DNA from: an uncultured Pelagibacteraceae bacterium
Lineage (GTDB): Bacteria; Pseudomonadota; Alphaproteobacteria; Pelagibacterales; Pelagibacteraceae
DNA: 64,000 bases
Assembly: GCA_902580445.1 (NCBI GenBank)
Contig: CACHKQ010000003.1
Coordinates: 27,457-91,456, forward strand
Direction: 5' to 3'
Shown: positions 18,201-27,421 of the stretch, in pieces
Position numbering within the stretch: position 1 is the stretch's first letter
Layout of the letters: the number at the start of each line of letters is the position of its first letter
Program-made: the position numbers and the translations under genes
The notes under the pieces: generated by a model
Told to the model about the DNA's origin: nothing
Seen by the model: the letters and a program-made list of their open reading frames with translations, nothing else
Databases searched by the model: none

Positions 18201-19241
18201 ATGATTAAAGTTGGGGAGCATATAACATTAGATTTTCTCGGGGTAAAAAAAAATTACCCGTCAGACTTTTACGAAAAAATTTTCTATAAAATTTCAAAAA
18301 AAGCTAATGTAGAATTACTAAAAATTTCTAGTCATACATTCGAACCACAAGGTTTCACATCTGTAGCTTTATTAGCGGAAAGTCATATGAGCTTTCATAC
18401 TTTCCCCGAGAGAGGAGTTGTAAGCTTTGATTTTTTTACATGTGGTAAAATCTCACCAAGAGTAGCCCTAAATATTTTAAAAAAAGAAATTAATCATACG
18501 AGAATAGTTGTTAATAATTTTGATAGAAGTAGCATTGCCTTGAAGGATGATATTTACAGTACACAGGGACAAAAAAAATATTATGTGGTCAATGATATTT
18601 TAGAAAAACTTGTTTCAAAAGTTGGTCAAAAATTAGAAATTTTAAATATAGAGGAGTTTGGTAATGCTTTATTCATAGATGATGAACTTCAAGTAGCAGA
18701 AAAAGATGAAAAACTTTATAGCTCAACTTTTGTGAAATCTGGAACAGATATTTGTAAAAGAAAAGGTATCGCAGCTGTAATAGGTGGTGGCGATGGCGGG
18801 GTTGTAAGAGAATGTCTGCAAAATAATTTCAATTTTGTTGACTGGTTTGAGCTAGATCCCCAGGTTGTTGAATTAAGTTATAAGCATTTACCCAAAATTA
18901 CATCTAGAATTAAAAAAAGTAACAAAGTTAAAACATATTGGGGGGATGCATTTCAAAGTATAAAGTCTATTGAAAATTCCAAATACGATAATATATTTGT
19001 AGATCTTAATGATGATCAGTATTGTATAGATTTAGCAAAGCGCAATATGAAAGACTTAAAGAGAATTTTAAAAAAAGGTGGAGCTATTACCGCTCAAGTA
19101 GGATGTCAGGACAAAAAACCTAAACAGGTTAAAAATTGGACAAAAGTTTTAAAGAGCAGCTTTGATAATACAAATTTATCTGAAATTTTCATTCCAAGTT
19201 TTGATTGTAGATGGAATTTTATATCTTCATCCAACAAATAG
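18201..19241 (+). CDS. Fusion protein: pyruvoyl S-adenosylmethionine decarboxylase (SpeH/SpeD type) N-domain plus spermidine synthase-like aminopropyltransferase C-domain
   Basis: The N-domain has GEHITLDFLG and the self-cleavage motif ESHMSFHTFPE. The C-domain has NALFIDDELQVAEKDEKLY and the GGGDGG motif. Confidence 0.8.
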   Translation: MIKVGEHITLDFLGVKKNYPSDFYEKIFYKISKKANVELLKISSHTFEPQGFTSVALLAESHMSFHTFPERGVVSFDFFTCGKISPRVALNILKKEINHTRIVVNNFDRSSIALKDDIYSTQGQKKYYVVNDILEKLVSKVGQKLEILNIEEFGNALFIDDELQVAEKDEKLYSSTFVKSGTDICKRKGIAAVIGGGDGGVVRECLQNNFNFVDWFELDPQVVELSYKHLPKITSRIKKSNKVKTYWGDAFQSIKSIENSKYDNIFVDLNDDQYCIDLAKRNMKDLKRILKKGGAITAQVGCQDKKPKQVKNWTKVLKSSFDNTNLSEIFIPSFDCRWNFISSSNK

Positions 19242-19298
19242 TCACAATTATTCTCTAATTTAGGATAAATTTTTAATTGAATTTACTAATTGTAGCTT

Positions 19299-20234
19299 AT
19301 GTCAAATATTCTTATAATTAAACATGGATCACTTGGAGATTTAATTCAAGCTAACGGTGCTATAAAAGATATTAAAAATCAATTTCCTACAGATAAAGTT
19401 TTACTATTAACAACACCGCATTTCTCAGAGTTTATGCTTTCATGCCCGTACATCGATGGGGTCTTAATTGATCAAAGATTAGCCAGATGGAACATTTTTT
19501 ATTTGTTAAAACTAAAAAAAATGCTTGATAGGTTTGCTTTTTCAAAAGTATTTGATTTACAAAATTCATCTAGAACAAATTTTTATAAAAAATTTATTTT
19601 TAAAAATGATATTTTTTGGTCTAGTAGCAATTCATTTTTATCTAAAGAAGATTCAATTTCACAAAAGAATTTACCTGTATTAACTAGAATGGAAATGCAA
19701 CTTGAAAGATCTGGAATTTCTGAAAGAAAATTTACTAAAAAACCAGATCTTAGTTGGGCATTTAAAAATATAGGAAATATTATCAATCAAAATTTTGAAG
19801 GAAAATATATTTTAATTTTTCCTTTTTGTTCTCCAAAATTATACAAAAAAAAATGGCCCTACTACACAGACTTGATTAGTCTTTTGAAAAGAGACTTTGG
19901 TAAAGAATTTAATCTGGTAATAGCCCCAGGTCCTAACGAGATTGATGAAGCTAAAAAGTTTGATGTAAATGTTATTTTGAATAATGGATTACCCCTTAAC
20001 ATTAATGAATTAATTAGTTTAATAAATAATTCTAGTTACATCGTATCAAATGATACGGGCCCAGCACATATATGTGCCCATTTAAATAAGAAAGGGCTTG
20101 TTTTATTTGGAAGTCATACAACACCCGAAAAGGTGAGTATGGAAAGTCAAAATTTTAAATCTATAAAGGTTGATAATTTAAAAAACCTTAATGTGACTGA
20201 TGTATATGAAAAAATAAGAGAAAATTTAAATTAA
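19299..20234 (+). CDS. Glycosyltransferase family 9 (LPS heptosyltransferase-like)
   Basis: ILIIKHGSLGDLIQ at the N-terminus and NDTGPAHICA near the C-terminus. Confidence 0.75.
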   Translation: MSNILIIKHGSLGDLIQANGAIKDIKNQFPTDKVLLLTTPHFSEFMLSCPYIDGVLIDQRLARWNIFYLLKLKKMLDRFAFSKVFDLQNSSRTNFYKKFIFKNDIFWSSSNSFLSKEDSISQKNLPVLTRMEMQLERSGISERKFTKKPDLSWAFKNIGNIINQNFEGKYILIFPFCSPKLYKKKWPYYTDLISLLKRDFGKEFNLVIAPGPNEIDEAKKFDVNVILNNGLPLNINELISLINNSSYIVSNDTGPAHICAHLNKKGLVLFGSHTTPEKVSMESQNFKSIKVDNLKNLNVTDVYEKIRENLN

Positions 20235-21320
20235 TTTTAAATACTTTTTAATTATTATCTTCCAATAAAAGTTCTCTGAAAATTTTTCTGCATTATTACC
20301 GTATTCTTTATAATCGTCATTTTTAAAAAATTTAATTATATTTTCATAAATTGACTCAATTTTATCACCATCACATATTAGTCCTGTAGAATTTTCTTTA
20401 ATTGCATCGCTAGCACCACCTATTTTACCCCCGATAGATCCAACGCCATAACATGCAGCTTCAATAAATGATATTCCAAAACCCTCAACCGATTTTTTAT
20501 GTAATATTGAAGGCATTAAAAACAAATTTGATTTTTTTAGTAGAGCATTTTTAAGTTCACTATCAATTGCAGACAGTAAAGCAACCTCATTATCTATTTT
20601 TAATTCCTTAACAAGTTTGGTTAAATTATTTTTCTCTACACCGTCCCCAATACTTACGTATTTAATTTTTGGAAATATTTCCTTTAAATTTCTTATACAC
20701 ATAAGAATATTTTGGTGATTTTTCCTTCTATCAAGTCTTGCAACGGTAATAATTTTGGGAAAAGAGTCTTGATAGATTTTGTCAGCTTTCAATTCATATT
20801 CTTTTTTAATTTTAACAGGTTCTTCACATCCAGGATGTATCACGTGTATCTTTTCTTTTGGAAGTCCAATCTCAATTCCCAATTTTTTGGTAAAATTTGA
20901 ATTAGCAATTATAAACTTTGTTTTTTTAAAAGAATTTATTACCCTTTTATTTAATAATGAACCTATAGGGTGATTAATTTCTTTGGAATGTATCAAACAA
21001 AATGTTGGTATTTTTTCGATAACTTTATCGTTAATTTTTTCTATACTTTTCCAATGATCAAAAAAAATAGATCTTATATTTTGATTTGATTTTATAAAGT
21101 CATTAAGCCTATTTGCTTTTCTATATTTTCTCAGTAGTTTTATACCCCCAAATCTTTCAATTTCTAATTTTAAAAATTGATCATACTCTTCATATCCTTC
21201 AAATTTATCCGCAAAAACTTTAACAGGACCGTGATTTAAAAGAGCGTTCGCTAGACCACCCATTAAATTTTGTATTCCACCAGTTTCAGGTGGAAAGCTT
21301 CTTGTAGATACTACAAACAT
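20226..21320 (-). CDS. Glycosyltransferase family 4 (GT-B)
   Basis: PPETGGIQN at the N-terminus and the EGFGISFIEAACYGVGSIG E-x7-E region. Confidence 0.8.
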   Translation of the reverse strand: MFVVSTRSFPPETGGIQNLMGGLANALLNHGPVKVFADKFEGYEEYDQFLKLEIERFGGIKLLRKYRKANRLNDFIKSNQNIRSIFFDHWKSIEKINDKVIEKIPTFCLIHSKEINHPIGSLLNKRVINSFKKTKFIIANSNFTKKLGIEIGLPKEKIHVIHPGCEEPVKIKKEYELKADKIYQDSFPKIITVARLDRRKNHQNILMCIRNLKEIFPKIKYVSIGDGVEKNNLTKLVKELKIDNEVALLSAIDSELKNALLKKSNLFLMPSILHKKSVEGFGISFIEAACYGVGSIGGKIGGASDAIKENSTGLICDGDKIESIYENIIKFFKNDDYKEYGNNAEKFSENFYWKIIIKKYLKLI

Positions 21321-21874
21321 TATTTAAACCATTTGATATTACAGCCCATACTTGGAATTTGATTTTGAGGACCTTTACCAGTTTCTGCAATCATCTTCAT
21401 TGCATTCAATAAGTCACTTTCGCCCACTGAAACAGGTTTTAAATCTTTAAGCTCTCTAATTCGACCCCTGTATTGTAGTTCAAGATCTCTGTTGTACCCA
21501 AAAAAATCTGGAGTGCAGACAGCCCCATATTTTTTTGCCGTTTCTTGAGTCTCATCAAGCAAATAAGGAAAATTAAATTTATTTCTTTTCGAAAATTTAA
21601 TCATGTTTTCAAATGAGTCATCCGGATAATTTTTGGTATCATTTGACATTATAGCAATAGTATTTACTTTTAAATTTTTAAGATTATTGGCATCATTTAC
21701 AATATCTTTGATAACTGCTTTTACGTAAGGACAATGATTGCAGATAAACATAATCAATGTTCCTTTTCCCCCAATTAAATCCTTAAAATTGTAAACTTTT
21801 TCACTAACATCTTTTAATTCAAATGAATGAGGTTTTTCACCGAAATTACAAATTGGAGTTTTTGTTAAAACCAT
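21320..21874 (-). CDS. Thioredoxin-fold (redoxin/AhpC-TSA-like) protein
   Basis: The CNHCPYV CxxC motif in a thioredoxin-like context. It has a TAATG overlap with the downstream GT4 gene. Confidence 0.7.
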   Translation of the reverse strand: MVLTKTPICNFGEKPHSFELKDVSEKVYNFKDLIGGKGTLIMFICNHCPYVKAVIKDIVNDANNLKNLKVNTIAIMSNDTKNYPDDSFENMIKFSKRNKFNFPYLLDETQETAKKYGAVCTPDFFGYNRDLELQYRGRIRELKDLKPVSVGESDLLNAMKMIAETGKGPQNQIPSMGCNIKWFK

Positions 21875-21894
21875 AATATATTATAATTATAATA

Positions 21895-22398
21895 ATGATT
21901 TACGATTTCAACAATATTAGTCCAAAGTTTGACAAAGATAGTTGGTTTGCACCAAACTCAGTTTTAATAGGCAATGTAACTCTTAAAAAAGATGCGAATA
22001 TTTGGTTTAATGCAACTCTAAGAGGTGATGTAGAACCTATAACCATTGGCGAAGGTTCCAACATTCAAGACGGGAGTGTAGTTCACACTGATCCTGGCTG
22101 CCCTGCAACTATTGGCAAGAATGTAACAGTTGGGCATTTGGTTATGTTACATGGATGCATAATCGAAGATGATTGTTTGATTGGAATTGGTAGTACTATT
22201 TTAAATAAAGCAAAAATTGGAAAGCACTCGATTATTGGAGCCAATACTTTAATTACTGAAAACAAAATTATACCAGAGAGATCCTTAGTTGTTGGAAGCC
22301 CAGGAAGAGTTATTAGAAAAGTCACAGATGAAGAAATAAAACATATTAAAGAGAACGCAGAACATTACGTTAGTAACTACAAAAAGTATAAAAAATAA
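21895..22398 (+). CDS. Gamma-class carbonic anhydrase family / hexapeptide-repeat protein
   Basis: NIWFNATLRGDVEPITIGEGSNIQDGSVVHTD followed by left-handed beta-helix repeats. Confidence 0.85.
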   Translation: MIYDFNNISPKFDKDSWFAPNSVLIGNVTLKKDANIWFNATLRGDVEPITIGEGSNIQDGSVVHTDPGCPATIGKNVTVGHLVMLHGCIIEDDCLIGIGSTILNKAKIGKHSIIGANTLITENKIIPERSLVVGSPGRVIRKVTDEEIKHIKENAEHYVSNYKKYKK

Positions 22399-22400
22399 TT

Positions 22401-23009
22401 TCAGGGAATAAGCCACTTAAAATCATTAGAGTCACCCAGTTTAAGTAAAGCTCTACGATGACCTTTGGCAGCTAAATAAAGCCATTCAATACTTTGAATT
22501 TTACATTTTATTACACAAAAATTTTCATAGCCTTGTTCACTTTCTTCTTTAGTAAAATCAAAATCATTAAACTTCCCATTTAAACCAGAAGTAGGTTTTT
22601 GAGATATAGTTCCAGGGCTATCTGTGACCAGATAACATTTCCTACTTACATGACCTGTTTTTTCCCAGGACTTTTTTGAGATATCATTTTTGTAATTAAT
22701 TTCACAATTAATTTTAAGTCGTAATTGAATTTTTTCTTCTTTACCATAAAATAATATAGAACAAGATGGATTGTTTTTAATTTTACTTATTTTAGAAGAT
22801 CTAATATCGCTGTGAAATTGAATAAAATTATTATCAGGGTCAGCTTTTCTTAAGACTACAACTCTGCCGTCTAAATCTTTATCATCTCCACAAATAAAAA
22901 CGGGGGTTCTAAATTCTGAATTACGATTTTTTACAGCATCAGTTAAAAGACTCCAAACTTTTTTTTGTATTTCTGTAAAATCTTCGTAGTAGCTTACTTC
23001 TTCTGACAC
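22401..23009 (-). CDS. Pyridoxamine 5'-phosphate oxidase-family FMN-binding protein
   Basis: GRVVVLRKADPDNNFIQFHSDIRSSKISKIKNNP ... KIQLRLK, the pattern of a PNPOx split barrel. Confidence 0.6.
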   Translation of the reverse strand: MSEEVSYYEDFTEIQKKVWSLLTDAVKNRNSEFRTPVFICGDDKDLDGRVVVLRKADPDNNFIQFHSDIRSSKISKIKNNPSCSILFYGKEEKIQLRLKINCEINYKNDISKKSWEKTGHVSRKCYLVTDSPGTISQKPTSGLNGKFNDFDFTKEESEQGYENFCVIKCKIQSIEWLYLAAKGHRRALLKLGDSNDFKWLIP

Positions 23010-23012
23010 AGT

Positions 23013-23879
23013 TTATTTTCTAAATCTTTTAATTAAACTTGAGGTATCCCATCTATTTCCACCCATTTTTTGAACTTCACCATAATATTCATCGATTAAC
23101 TTTGTGATAGGAAGTGGCGAATTATTTCTTTTTGCTTCATCCATTGCGATTTTTAAATCTTTTCTCATCCAATCAACTGCAAAACCATAATCAAATTTAT
23201 CATCAATCATTGTTTTATATCTATTTTCCATTTGCCATGATTGTGCAGCACCTTTTGAAATTGTTTCGATTACATCCTCCATTTTTAACTTTGCGTTAAG
23301 TCCAAAATTAATAGCTTCAGATAAGCCTTGGACAACCCCAGCTATACAAATTTGATTTACCATCTTTGCTAATTGACCATTCCCTGCGGGTCCTAATAAT
23401 TTCATTTTTTTACTATAGCTGTCAATTACTGGTGAAGCTTTTTTAAAAGCATCTTCGTCTCCGCCAATCATTACAGTAAGAGCTCCATTTTCAGCTCCAG
23501 CTTGACCTCCGGAAACGGGCGCATCTAAAAATTGAAAACCAGATTCCTTGGCTTTTTTATAAAGTTCTCTAGCTATTTCTGCTGAAGCGGTAGTATTATC
23601 AATATAAACAGAATTTTTTTTTGCAGATTTAAATAAACCATTGTCTCCAAGAGTTACCTCTTTAAGATCATTATCATTACCAACACAAGAAAATATAAAG
23701 TCAGAGTCTTTTGCCGCCTCCATTGGTGATTTGGCAAATTTACCTTTATATTCTTTAGTCCATTTCTCTGCTTTAGCTGCGGTTCTATTAAAAACAGTTA
23801 CATCATGTCCAGCTTTTGATATATGTCCAGCCATGGGATATCCCATTACACCTAAACCAATAAAAGATACTCTAGACAT
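23013..23879 (-). CDS. 3-hydroxyisobutyrate dehydrogenase-family NAD(P) oxidoreductase
   Basis: SFIGLGVMGYPMAGH Rossmann motif at the N-terminus and DAPVSGG. Confidence 0.85.
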   Translation of the reverse strand: MSRVSFIGLGVMGYPMAGHISKAGHDVTVFNRTAAKAEKWTKEYKGKFAKSPMEAAKDSDFIFSCVGNDNDLKEVTLGDNGLFKSAKKNSVYIDNTTASAEIARELYKKAKESGFQFLDAPVSGGQAGAENGALTVMIGGDEDAFKKASPVIDSYSKKMKLLGPAGNGQLAKMVNQICIAGVVQGLSEAINFGLNAKLKMEDVIETISKGAAQSWQMENRYKTMIDDKFDYGFAVDWMRKDLKIAMDEAKRNNSPLPITKLIDEYYGEVQKMGGNRWDTSSLIKRFRK

Positions 23880-25109
23880 ATGATAAACCTCAGTATTAAT
23901 AAAAAAGTTTTAATTTTCGGTTTCATATTTACATTTTTTTCAAGCTTTGGACAGAGTTTTTTTCTCGGATTATTTAATCCTAGTATAAGAGCTGAACTTG
24001 ATATTACACATGGACAATTTGGCACAATTTATGCAGCAGCAACTATTTGCTCTAGTGTAGTTCTAATTTGGTTTGGAAAAAAAATTGATGAATTCAAATT
24101 ATTTAATTATTCATTGATAGTAATAATAATTCTATTTTCATCTTCATTTTTATTTTCTTTAATAAATAATATTTATTTTTTAATGATAGCTATATTTCTT
24201 ATGAGATTTTCCGGACAAGGATTAATGTCTCATACTTCATCAACTACTATCTCAAGGTATTTTAACAAAAGGAGAGGACGTGCTCTAAGCGGTATATGGT
24301 TTGGGCTATCATCTGCAGAATTTATTCTACCAATTTTAATTGTGTTTTTACTTTCCATTTTTTCCTGGAGAACTATATGGCAGTTCATATCAATTATTAT
24401 ATTGATAACTTTGCCTTTAGTAATTTTTTATACAATAAAAAATATTACAATAGACTCAAGAGAGACTTCCAATTTGGATACAAATAAAAAAAGGTTTGAG
24501 AATATTAAAAGTTGGAAAAGATCAGAAGTTTTAAGGGATTTTAAATTTTATATAATATCATTAAATATGTTGGCTATGCCATGGATTGCTACAGGTGTCT
24601 TTATTTATCAATCTTTTATTGCAGACTCCAAACTTTGGGATATTTATATTATTCCTAAATCTTTTATGGTTTATTCAGTAACATCAATTTTGACATTAAT
24701 ATATTCTGGTTTTCTAGTTGATAAATTTTCAAGTAGAAAATTAATACCCTTTATGAATGTTCCATTATTAATTGGGATGTTAATATTATACTTTTTTGAC
24801 TTTTCTTATTCAGCTTATTTTTTCTTTGGGCTAGTTGGGATTTCAAATGGTTTAGCAAATGTCTTAGGATCCTCAACATGGGCAGAGATTTATGGTGTTA
24901 GATATTTAGGTAGTATAAAAGCACTTACAACAGCTTTAATGGTTTTTTCAACCGCATTTGGAACTGCTATATTTGGTCTTTTAATTGATCAAGGATTTAC
25001 TATTGAGCATATAGCTTTAGTAAGCATTATTTATATAAGTCTTTCACTATTGGCATTACTAATAATAAAAAGATTAATTGAGCCAATTATTTACACAAAA
25101 AAAACTTGA
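23880..25109 (+). CDS. MFS transporter
   Basis: About 12 hydrophobic helices and an RGRALSG-type loop between TM2 and TM3. The ATG lies back to back with the start of the divergent gene. Confidence 0.75.
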   Translation: MINLSINKKVLIFGFIFTFFSSFGQSFFLGLFNPSIRAELDITHGQFGTIYAAATICSSVVLIWFGKKIDEFKLFNYSLIVIIILFSSSFLFSLINNIYFLMIAIFLMRFSGQGLMSHTSSTTISRYFNKRRGRALSGIWFGLSSAEFILPILIVFLLSIFSWRTIWQFISIIILITLPLVIFYTIKNITIDSRETSNLDTNKKRFENIKSWKRSEVLRDFKFYIISLNMLAMPWIATGVFIYQSFIADSKLWDIYIIPKSFMVYSVTSILTLIYSGFLVDKFSSRKLIPFMNVPLLIGMLILYFFDFSYSAYFFFGLVGISNGLANVLGSSTWAEIYGVRYLGSIKALTTALMVFSTAFGTAIFGLLIDQGFTIEHIALVSIIYISLSLLALLIIKRLIEPIIYTKKT

Positions 25110-25145
25110 TTTTTATGATGCTTTTAACTATTTATTGCTAATCTT

Positions 25146-25601
25146 ATGGCCAGAATAACAGTAGAAGATTGTCTTGACAAAATTGAAAATCAATACGATT
25201 TAGTTTTGTTAGCAAAGGAAAGAACTTCCCAATTAAATTCAGGTTCTGAAATGCTTGTTGAGGAAGAAAACGATAAAAGAACAGTGGTTGCGTTAAGAGA
25301 AATAGCCGAAGGAAAAATTGACATTGATGAATTAAGGAAAAGCACTGTTTTACGATTAAGAAAAGAGCCTGATGAAAATTTAGATGAACAAGATACCGAA
25401 GAGATATCCTCAGATGACTTTGAAAAACAATATAAAGGAGAAGTTTCTAAGTCTGGTGTAGCTATTTTACCCTCAAAAAGAATGAGAAAAATACCAAATC
25501 CTACAGCTTCACCCTCAAATTTGGAAGAAGACACTAAAAAAACTTCTGAAGAAGAAAATTCGCCACTAAAACTAACCGAAGAAATAGAAGAAAAAAAGTA
25601 A
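25146..25601 (+). CDS. rpoZ: DNA-directed RNA polymerase omega subunit with a long acidic C-terminal tail
   Basis: [30 protein letters not shown] is a canonical omega N-terminus. The C-terminal roughly 80 aa are low-complexity and rich in E/D/K/S. Confidence 0.85.
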   Translation: MARITVEDCLDKIENQYDLVLLAKERTSQLNSGSEMLVEEENDKRTVVALREIAEGKIDIDELRKSTVLRLRKEPDENLDEQDTEEISSDDFEKQYKGEVSKSGVAILPSKRMRKIPNPTASPSNLEEDTKKTSEEENSPLKLTEEIEEKK

Positions 25602-26594
25602 TTGAATATCAATAGAAAAGTTTGTGTTGCTCCTATGATGGATTGTACGGATCGACACGAAAGATATTTCCTGAGATTATTAAGTAAAAACGTAATGTTA
25701 TATACAGAAATGGTTGCAACTAAGTCTGCAATACATGGAAATAGAAAAAAAATACTAGGATTTAACGAAATAGAAAAACCTCTTGCTCTTCAAGTTGGTG
25801 GATCAGACAAAAACGAACTATCTGAAGTTTGTAAAATTGCTGAAGAAATGGGATACGATGAAATCAATATAAACCTCGGATGTCCTAGCAAAAAAGTACA
25901 AAAAAATAAATTTGGTGCATGTCTAATCAAAGAACCTGATTTAGTTGCAGAATGTATTAACAAGATGGCCAATTCATGCAAGATACCAGTTACTGCAAAA
26001 ACTAGAATAGGTTTTGATCAAACAGAAAGTTTTGATTATTTAAACTTATTTGTGAATAAAATTTCAAGTGCTGGAGCTAAAACAATTATTTTACACGCAA
26101 GAAAAGCAATTTTAAAAGGACTTACCCCAAAAGAAAATTTAAAAATTCCAAAATTAAATTACCCAATGGTTTATGAAATAAAAAAACAAAATAAAAATTT
26201 AGAAATTATTATTAATGGAGGAATAATTAACTGTACACAAGTTAGAGAACATTTAATGAATTGTGATGGAGTAATGATAGGAAGAGCAATTTATCAAAAT
26301 CCGTATTTTTTAGCTGAAATTGAAAAAACTTTTTTTAATAATAATAATATCCCAACAAGATCTGAGGTTGCAGAAAAATTAGTTGAATATGTAAAAGATG
26401 AAGTAAAGAAAGGGACAAGAATAAATCAAATTATGAGACACACGGTTGGTTTGTACCACGGTCAAAATGGTGCAAATAAATGGAAAAGATATTTAAGTGA
26501 TAACATGATGGCCAGAAATTCAGATTTTCAAAAAGTCAATCATATTATGGAGATAGTCCAAAATAATGAAAAATCTAATCAAGCTGCATCATGA
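25602..26594 (+). CDS. dusA: tRNA-dihydrouridine synthase A
   Basis: VAPMMDCTDRHERYF and EININLGCPS. The TTG start is placed immediately after the rpoZ stop, and the exact start is uncertain. Confidence 0.9.
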   Translation: MNINRKVCVAPMMDCTDRHERYFLRLLSKNVMLYTEMVATKSAIHGNRKKILGFNEIEKPLALQVGGSDKNELSEVCKIAEEMGYDEININLGCPSKKVQKNKFGACLIKEPDLVAECINKMANSCKIPVTAKTRIGFDQTESFDYLNLFVNKISSAGAKTIILHARKAILKGLTPKENLKIPKLNYPMVYEIKKQNKNLEIIINGGIINCTQVREHLMNCDGVMIGRAIYQNPYFLAEIEKTFFNNNNIPTRSEVAEKLVEYVKDEVKKGTRINQIMRHTVGLYHGQNGANKWKRYLSDNMMARNSDFQKVNHIMEIVQNNEKSNQAAS

Positions 26595-27421
26595 TTGAAA
26601 ATTTTTCTACAGATCAAATTTTATTTCTTATTTTAATAATGACATTAACAGCAATTATAGCCGGTTTTTTTGCAGGCTTTTTTGGAATTGGAGGTGGAAT
26701 AATTACAGTTCCATGTCTTTTTTATATATTTGGTGCTGTTGGAGTCGATAAGTCTTATTTAATGCATCTAGCTGTTGGAACATCTTTTGCAATCATTGTT
26801 CCTACAGCAATGATGTCGGTCTTTACACACTACAAACATAATGCAGTTGATTTTGGTGTATTAAAATCTTATGGGATATTTGTAGTATTTGGCGTAATCA
26901 TAGGTAGTTTTTTTGCAGCGTCTTTACACACAAAATCGCTAATTCTTTTTTTTAGTATTGTAATGTATTTACTTGCACTGAATTTAATTTTTTTAAAAGA
27001 CAAAACAAAAATCAAATTAAAATTCAGTTTATTTCAAAGGACTTTTTTTGGCTTAATTGTTGGTTTTGTTTCTTCACTTATGGGCATTGGTGGAGCTATT
27101 ATGAATGTTCCAATTTTGAAATTTGTTGGTTATACCATTAATAAATCAATAGGAAGTGCTGCATCAATTGGTTTTTTAATAGCTGTATTTGGCTGTTTAG
27201 GATTTGTAATTTCTGGGTTAATAATCAAAACCAACATTCCTCTAAGCTTGGGTTTTATAAATATACCAGCTTTTCTTATTTTTATACCAATAACCATAAT
27301 TATGGCTAAGGTTGGCGCTACCTCAGTCCACAAAATTAAAAGAGAAATTATTACAAAATTATTTGGTTTATTTCTAATTCTTATTGCCAGTAGATTTTTG
27401 TATGACTTTATTAACTATTAA
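26591..27421 (+). CDS. TauE/SafE (DUF81) family anion exporter
   Basis: An 8-TM protein with duplicated GIGGG(I/A) motifs. Confidence 0.8.
   Translation: MIENFSTDQILFLILIMTLTAIIAGFFAGFFGIGGGIITVPCLFYIFGAVGVDKSYLMHLAVGTSFAIIVPTAMMSVFTHYKHNAVDFGVLKSYGIFVVFGVIIGSFFAASLHTKSLILFFSIVMYLLALNLIFLKDKTKIKLKFSLFQRTFFGLIVGFVSSLMGIGGAIMNVPILKFVGYTINKSIGSAASIGFLIAVFGCLGFVISGLIIKTNIPLSLGFINIPAFLIFIPITIIMAKVGATSVHKIKREIITKLFGLFLILIASRFLYDFINY

Noticed and set aside
25190-25612. 140-aa ORF antisense to rpoZ
   Set aside because: It is a mirror image of the GAA/GAT/AAA-rich acidic tail of rpoZ. The protein is low-complexity and the sense strand has a canonical omega N-terminus.
25602-26594. dusA as a hotspot for integrative elements
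   Set aside because: The dusA 5' end is contiguous with rpoZ, and no integrase, repeats or foreign cargo flank it.
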